Shown here: positions 49,370-53,984 of the stretch, piece by piece
Layout of the letters: each line of letters opens with the position of its first letter
How positions within the stretch are numbered: the first letter of the stretch is position 1
DNA from: Opitutales bacterium
Lineage (GTDB): Bacteria > Verrucomicrobiota > Verrucomicrobiia > Opitutales > JAFGAQ01
Direction: 5' to 3'
Length of the DNA stretch: 53,984 nt
Assembly: GCA_022361075.1 (NCBI GenBank)
Contig: JAKSBQ010000079.1
Coordinates: forward strand, 1 to 53,984
The notes under the pieces: generated by a model
The model's input: the letters and a program-made list of their open reading frames with translations, nothing else
The model's database searches: none
Told to the model about the DNA's origin: nothing
Program-made: the position numbers and the translations under genes

Positions 49370-49582
49370 ATGGACATGTGGACCGCCATAGTCGCTATTG
49401 TAGCAATCGTTTTTATCGCTGAAATCTTCAAAGGAAAAGTATCCAACAAAAAGAAGAAGGAAGCACAGGAAGTAAGCGCAGCCCGCAGCGCAAAGATCGA
49501 TGAACTCGAGCGACGAATCCAAAGCCTCGAAACGATTATCATCGATTATGATCGCGATCGGAAATATCGAGACTTGAAGTAG
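49370..49582 (+). CDS. Second PspB-like small membrane protein
   Basis: N-terminal TM helix, LERRIQSLETII. Confidence 0.7.
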   Translation: MDMWTAIVAIVAIVFIAEIFKGKVSNKKKKEAQEVSAARSAKIDELERRIQSLETIIIDYDRDRKYRDLK

Positions 49583-49609
49583 ATTTACGCCATCACATCA
49601 ACACCTCAT

Positions 49610-49644
49610 ACCTCACCTGAGTCGTCTCGGTGGGGTTGTTTTTT
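49610..49644 (+). terminator. Intrinsic terminator of the psp operon
   Basis: ACCTCACC(T)GAG-TCGT-CTCGGTGGGGT followed by TGTTTTTT. Confidence 0.7.
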
Positions 49645-49686
49645 CTCACGCGATCATACGAAGATCACTAGCTGGAACTACCCGTC

Positions 49687-51465
49687 TCATTCGAACATCC
49701 GATGAGGAAAATGAGTGATGACACTATTCCCCGAAGGATCGACCGCGGGTTGTTCACATTCAAGCAACTGCATTAGCAGGTCAGTCGCAGTTTCTTTGAT
49801 GAGTGGAAGTTCGATGCGCTGAGCCGATTGCGAGGCAGCGGTTTGGGCCAGTTTTTTCTGTAGGTTTTGAAGTGGGGTAAGCGTTTCCTGTTTCAGTTCG
49901 TCAATGATCAATTGTTGGGCTTGCTCTCCCGAAAGAAAATGGGGCGTTGTCTCGATTCGATAATAATTTCGCCCGAACGTTTCTACTTCAATTTGGCACT
50001 CTCGGAGTGTATCCACGAGTTCTGGCATGCGTTGGGTTTGATGGACATCAAGTTCAAAAGGGATGGGCACGATCTGCGATTGAACGAGACTTTTCCTGTT
50101 TTGAAATTGATTTAAAATCTCCTCGTATCGAATACGGTTGAGTGCTCGCTGGGCATGCATGGCGGTAAGTCCGGCTGATCTCTCAAACAGACTATAGGTT
50201 CGTGAGAAACTCCCTATAAATCTCCATTCTCTTTCGATTTGTGTACGCGAGATCTTAGGTTTAGCCACTTGTTCATCAGGAGTTTTTGTCACCTCTCTCT
50301 TCTCAACAATCACCTCGGGTACATTCTTCAGTGAATTTTGTGGCGGTGACGTTACGTCTCGTCTGGGAATGGTGAAGTTAGCAGTTTCCCTGGGAAGGTT
50401 GGTCGGTTGTGGGGACGGAGGATCACGTTTGATGGTAGGGCTAGGGAGCGGTGTCGTTTCGACTGGCTCCACGGATCGCTGGGGTCGGATTATGTCCCAA
50501 ATCCCCTGAATCACCAGACTGCGTATTTTGGTTTCCTGTTTGAATTTGATCTCTTTTTTCGAAGGATGGATGTTTACATCGATCGAAGAAGGCTCGACTT
50601 CGACTCTAAGAAATCCGATAGGGTATCGTCCCTTTGGAATATGAGTGTGGTAGGCTTCCGTCATCGCGAAGCCAAGTGTGCGAGACTCGACCGGACGGCC
50701 GTTTACGATCATAACCATGTCGTTCCTCGAAGGACGAGATACTCCGGGTTTTCCGATGTACCCTGAGATTTTGATCTCATCTGACTCGAGTTCCACAGGG
50801 AGTAGCTGATTGTCAAACTCTTGACCCCAAAGTTGAAGGATGCGGTTCTTGAGCTCTTGGTTTTCGGGGAGCTGCATCAGTGTTCTTTGCTGGGACTGAA
50901 GTCTGAAAGCGATGTGAGGATAAGCCAATGCGATGAGGCGCATCCATTGGATGATGTGAGAAGCCTCAGTCGAGTCTGTCTTCATAAACTTTCGTCGGGC
51001 AGGCATAGAGGAAAACAGATGCGAGACTTCGATCCGGGTTCCCTTTGGAGTCCCCACATCTTTGCGATGGAGAAGTTTGCCTCCATTGATCAGTATTTCT
51101 GTCCCGTCGGGATGATCCTCCGTGCGGGTCCGCATGAGAAATCGCGAAACGCTAGCGATACTCGGAATAGCCTCTCCCCGAAAACCGAGAGTCTTGATGT
51201 TAAAAAGATCTTCGCTACTGGATATCTTGCTGGTTGCGTGGCGTTCGATGCAGAGCAAAGCATCATCGGGAGTCATGCCCTTACCGTCGTCTTCGACAAG
51301 AATGAGTGATTTTCCTCCTTTTTGAATCTCAATTTTGACCCGCATTGCGCCGGCGTCGATGCTGTTGTCCACGAGCTCCTTAACTACTGCGACCGGGCGT
51401 TCGACTACTTCGCCTGCGGCGATGCGGTTGGCGACTTGGTCGGGTAGAATACGAATCGTGGACAT
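49687..51465 (-). CDS. mutL: DNA mismatch repair protein MutL
   Basis: IAAGEVVERP, KELVDNSIDAGA, RHATSKI, TLGFRGEA, DVNIHPSKKE. Confidence 0.96.
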   Translation of the reverse strand: MSTIRILPDQVANRIAAGEVVERPVAVVKELVDNSIDAGAMRVKIEIQKGGKSLILVEDDGKGMTPDDALLCIERHATSKISSSEDLFNIKTLGFRGEAIPSIASVSRFLMRTRTEDHPDGTEILINGGKLLHRKDVGTPKGTRIEVSHLFSSMPARRKFMKTDSTEASHIIQWMRLIALAYPHIAFRLQSQQRTLMQLPENQELKNRILQLWGQEFDNQLLPVELESDEIKISGYIGKPGVSRPSRNDMVMIVNGRPVESRTLGFAMTEAYHTHIPKGRYPIGFLRVEVEPSSIDVNIHPSKKEIKFKQETKIRSLVIQGIWDIIRPQRSVEPVETTPLPSPTIKRDPPSPQPTNLPRETANFTIPRRDVTSPPQNSLKNVPEVIVEKREVTKTPDEQVAKPKISRTQIEREWRFIGSFSRTYSLFERSAGLTAMHAQRALNRIRYEEILNQFQNRKSLVQSQIVPIPFELDVHQTQRMPELVDTLRECQIEVETFGRNYYRIETTPHFLSGEQAQQLIIDELKQETLTPLQNLQKKLAQTAASQSAQRIELPLIKETATDLLMQLLECEQPAVDPSGNSVITHFPHRMFE

Positions 51466-51479
51466 GGGCGAAACTTAAC

Positions 51480-51505
51480 AAAAAAGGCAGTCAAACGACT
51501 GCCTT
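51480..51505 (-). terminator. Intrinsic terminator after the glutaredoxin gene
   Basis: AAGGCAGTC-AAAC-GACTGCCTT with a minus-strand U tract. Confidence 0.7.
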
Positions 51506-51549
51506 CAAAAGTATCAACTTTGAGTTGCGACGGTCAACGGCGCATTGAG

Positions 51550-51879
51550 TCATGCAGGTAGTTGTGCTTTTACGTGTTTGTGATCCTTACTGCTGCAAGA
51601 AGAATTGATCGACACACTCACCGGTCGATTGTTTTGCTCGATGAGATTGTTTTCCAGCATGTACTGCTCGACTTCTTCTCCACTCACGTCGGCAAGCATG
51701 ATGCCGTCGATGATCACGCAAGGTGAGAGTCGTTGTCCGCTCAAACGAACCATTTCAGCGTAATTTTCGGGAAAATTGATGATGTCGATATCTTCGTATC
51801 CGAGATTATATTTGTCCATGATTGCTCGAACACCGTTACTCCAACCGCAGGACGGTTTTAGATATGCTTTGATTTCCAT
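51550..51879 (-). CDS. Monothiol glutaredoxin-like protein
   Basis: YLKPSCGWS, SGQRLSPCVIIDG; start at ATG 51879. Confidence 0.85.
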   Translation of the reverse strand: MEIKAYLKPSCGWSNGVRAIMDKYNLGYEDIDIINFPENYAEMVRLSGQRLSPCVIIDGIMLADVSGEEVEQYMLENNLIEQNNRPVSVSINSSCSSKDHKHVKAQLPA

Positions 51880-52043
51880 AGCGAGCAAGATTTTAGCTTT
51901 GTTTCATTTGTCAAATGACTCCGCACGCAATTTGAACATCTTTTGAGTTGGGAGAATCCAAATGGTGATATATAAATTTAGGAGATTGAGTGATTTTTAA
52001 TTTTCCAATATCTTACCGACCTTGAAGCTCGAACCTTATCGAA

Positions 52044-53300
52044 ATGCAAAAAGTATACATCACAGGACTAGGTTTCATTACCAGCATTGGCAATGAGTAC
52101 GCTGAAGTTCGACAGAGCCTCATAGACCTTCGCTCAGGAATCGAAAAATACGCTCCATTCGATCGTGAGGATGTACCCGTCAAGTTAGCAGGTACCATCA
52201 AAGAATTTGATATTTTATCCGAGGACGCTGAGGACTGGGAATACCCGAGCCGCTACCGGCCAGGCAGGGCATTGTTAAGATCACTTAGCCCTCATGGCCT
52301 ATACGCTTATTGCGCAGTTGAGCAGGCATTGGGATGCGCGGGCTGGGAGTCTGATCTGATTTCCAACGTGAAAACGGGACTCTACACAGCTTCTGCGGGA
52401 TCTATGTCTCAACTGCATTATCACCTCAATTACATGCACGAAAAAGGTGTGGCCAGGCTGAGCCCTAAAGCGGTTGTATGTTCGATACCGGGAACATTGA
52501 ATTTTAGCTTGGTCTCCCACTACAAAATCAAAGGAAACTCCTGCGGATTTGTTTCTGCGTGCGCATCCTCAGGGCATGCCTTGGGCATGGCGCACGACGA
52601 CATCGCCCTGGGTCGTCAAGACCGCATGATCGTTGTGGGTGCGGAAGACGGTGATTTCAACACGTTGTTGCCATTTGCGGGCATGCGGGCCATGTCCGAT
52701 GAACCCGATCCGGAGAAAAGTTCCATTCCCTTTGATGTTAACCGAAGTGGGTTTATCGGGACCGGCGGTGCAGTCGCGATGACTCTGGAATCTGAAGAGA
52801 GTTTGAAGACCAGAGGGGCAAAACCAATCGTTGAGTTTTTAGGGTGGGGACAATCTTCCGATGGTTACAGCGCAGTGCTTCCGGAACCCGAAGGTGAGGG
52901 GGTTGCGCGTTCAATGGAATCGGCACTGGAGTCCGCAGGGATCACTTCCGAGGACGTGGACTACATCAATGCTCACGCGACAGCCACCCCGCAAGGGGAC
53001 CCGGCCGAACTCAAAGCGATCAAGAAAATCTTTGGTGAAAAAAGTTCAGTGGCGATCAGCGCGACGAAAGCGCTGACCGGACACGCCCTTTCAGCTTCGA
53101 GCATTTTGGAAGCGGGGATTTCTGCGGTATCGCTGAATGAGGGATTCTGTCCTGGAACCGCTAAGTTAAGAGAACTCGATCTGGAGGGGGAAGGACTAAA
53201 CATCTTGAGAGAGACTGAATTTTCCAATCCGCAAATTGCCTTGTCCAACAGCAGCGGATTTGGAGGCGCGAATGCGACTCTTATTTTAAAAAAAGCCTAA
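52044..53300 (+). CDS. Beta-ketoacyl-ACP synthase (FabF/FabB family)
   Basis: SACASS, YINAHATAT, KALTGH, NSSGFGGAN. Confidence 0.93.
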   Translation: MQKVYITGLGFITSIGNEYAEVRQSLIDLRSGIEKYAPFDREDVPVKLAGTIKEFDILSEDAEDWEYPSRYRPGRALLRSLSPHGLYAYCAVEQALGCAGWESDLISNVKTGLYTASAGSMSQLHYHLNYMHEKGVARLSPKAVVCSIPGTLNFSLVSHYKIKGNSCGFVSACASSGHALGMAHDDIALGRQDRMIVVGAEDGDFNTLLPFAGMRAMSDEPDPEKSSIPFDVNRSGFIGTGGAVAMTLESEESLKTRGAKPIVEFLGWGQSSDGYSAVLPEPEGEGVARSMESALESAGITSEDVDYINAHATATPQGDPAELKAIKKIFGEKSSVAISATKALTGHALSASSILEAGISAVSLNEGFCPGTAKLRELDLEGEGLNILRETEFSNPQIALSNSSGFGGANATLILKKA

Positions 53301-53305
53301 GTTGA

Positions 53306-53984
53306 GTGAGGATCGTCGTTTATCAGGACTACCTAAGAGTTGGAGGAACCGAGGCCCAGAGCATCTATCTGAGTCGTAAACTTAGCGATCAAGGCCACGA
53401 AGTCATCCATTTAACGAATCGCCCTGACGGACCGCTCAAGGATCGTTTGTCCGGTTCTAAAGTTCAAGTGGAGCATCTTCAGTCGAGGGATTTTGGCCTC
53501 AATTGGTATGCACCGAAGTTGAAGAAGCGGTTAGCGACTTTGGAACCTGAAGTCATTCTGTTGATGGGCAGGAATGCGAACTGTCAGGGTTACCGTATCC
53601 GAGATTGGTTTCCAGGTATCCGATTGGTTGCGAGCATGCGGACAGGGAGAAAGATCCCACGGATGTATCGCAAAACTTTGCGTGTCGCCTCACTTGTGGT
53701 TTGCAACAGTGAATTTGCCAAAAAGCAGCTTCTCGATACCAAACTTACCAAACAACAAGTTGAAGTACATCCGAACGGCTGCTTGAGACACTCCGAGATT
53801 TTGGGGTGGGAGAAGGAAGGTTCTCATCGATCAGGCGAACGAGACGTTTTCGTTTTGCTTTATGTGGCTGCATTCGTTCATGGGAAAAATCATCGCGACG
53901 TGCTTGAGCTCGCAAATCTTCTTCAGAAAATGGGGAAAGAATTCAGGATCAGACTCATTGGTGAGGGGCCTGAGAAGGAGAAGA
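53306..53984 (+). CDS. GT4 glycosyltransferase, runs off the window edge
   Basis: Manual translation from GTG at 53306: MRIVVYQDYLRVGGTEAQ...VCNSE...HPNG...YVAAFVHGKNH...IGEGPE. Confidence 0.85.
   Translation, partial: MRIVVYQDYLRVGGTEAQSIYLSRKLSDQGHEVIHLTNRPDGPLKDRLSGSKVQVEHLQSRDFGLNWYAPKLKKRLATLEPEVILLMGRNANCQGYRIRDWFPGIRLVASMRTGRKIPRMYRKTLRVASLVVCNSEFAKKQLLDTKLTKQQVEVHPNGCLRHSEILGWEKEGSHRSGERDVFVLLYVAAFVHGKNHRDVLELANLLQKMGKEFRIRLIGEGPEKEK

Noticed and set aside
53574-53786. 70-aa ORF from the track
   Set aside because: It is an out-of-frame overlap of the GT4 gene starting at 53306

Overview
Chromosomal segment of a Gram-negative bacterium, probably Verrucomicrobia/Opitutae (inferred from gene content, not tested). 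It is mostly housekeeping genes: lpxI, leuS, cca, ppx, rsmI, pgi, scpB, pheA, trpS, dnaX, ispD, pyrG, kdsA, mutL and fabF/B. Accessory blocks are a PadR plus ADOP-permease plus Uma2-like islet, IclR with kduI-kduD, an SPT-like/GT4/FabZ/ACP lipid block, a TonB receptor with an NMT1-type ABC importer, a CzcCBA-type heavy-metal RND efflux operon, and a complete sigma54/PspF-driven psp locus. The most striking signals are six. (1) An integrase-free tandem unit of tRNA-Met, a GIY-YIG gene, a copy of the tRNA 3' half carrying a 16-bp palindrome, and a truncated GIY-YIG copy; nearly the same palindrome recurs in a GTAG-REP-like element 3.5 kb away. (2) A His/Cys-rich secreted leader ORF with a RAPP arrest-type motif upstream of the metal efflux operon. 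(3) dnaX split at an A10 run, so the long tau form needs a -1 shift or slippage. (4) A candidate ECF-promoter sRNA. (5) A hybrid sensor kinase with degenerate H, N and G boxes. (6) An unannotated 50-aa lipoprotein. No CRISPR array, rRNA, IS or prophage was seen.
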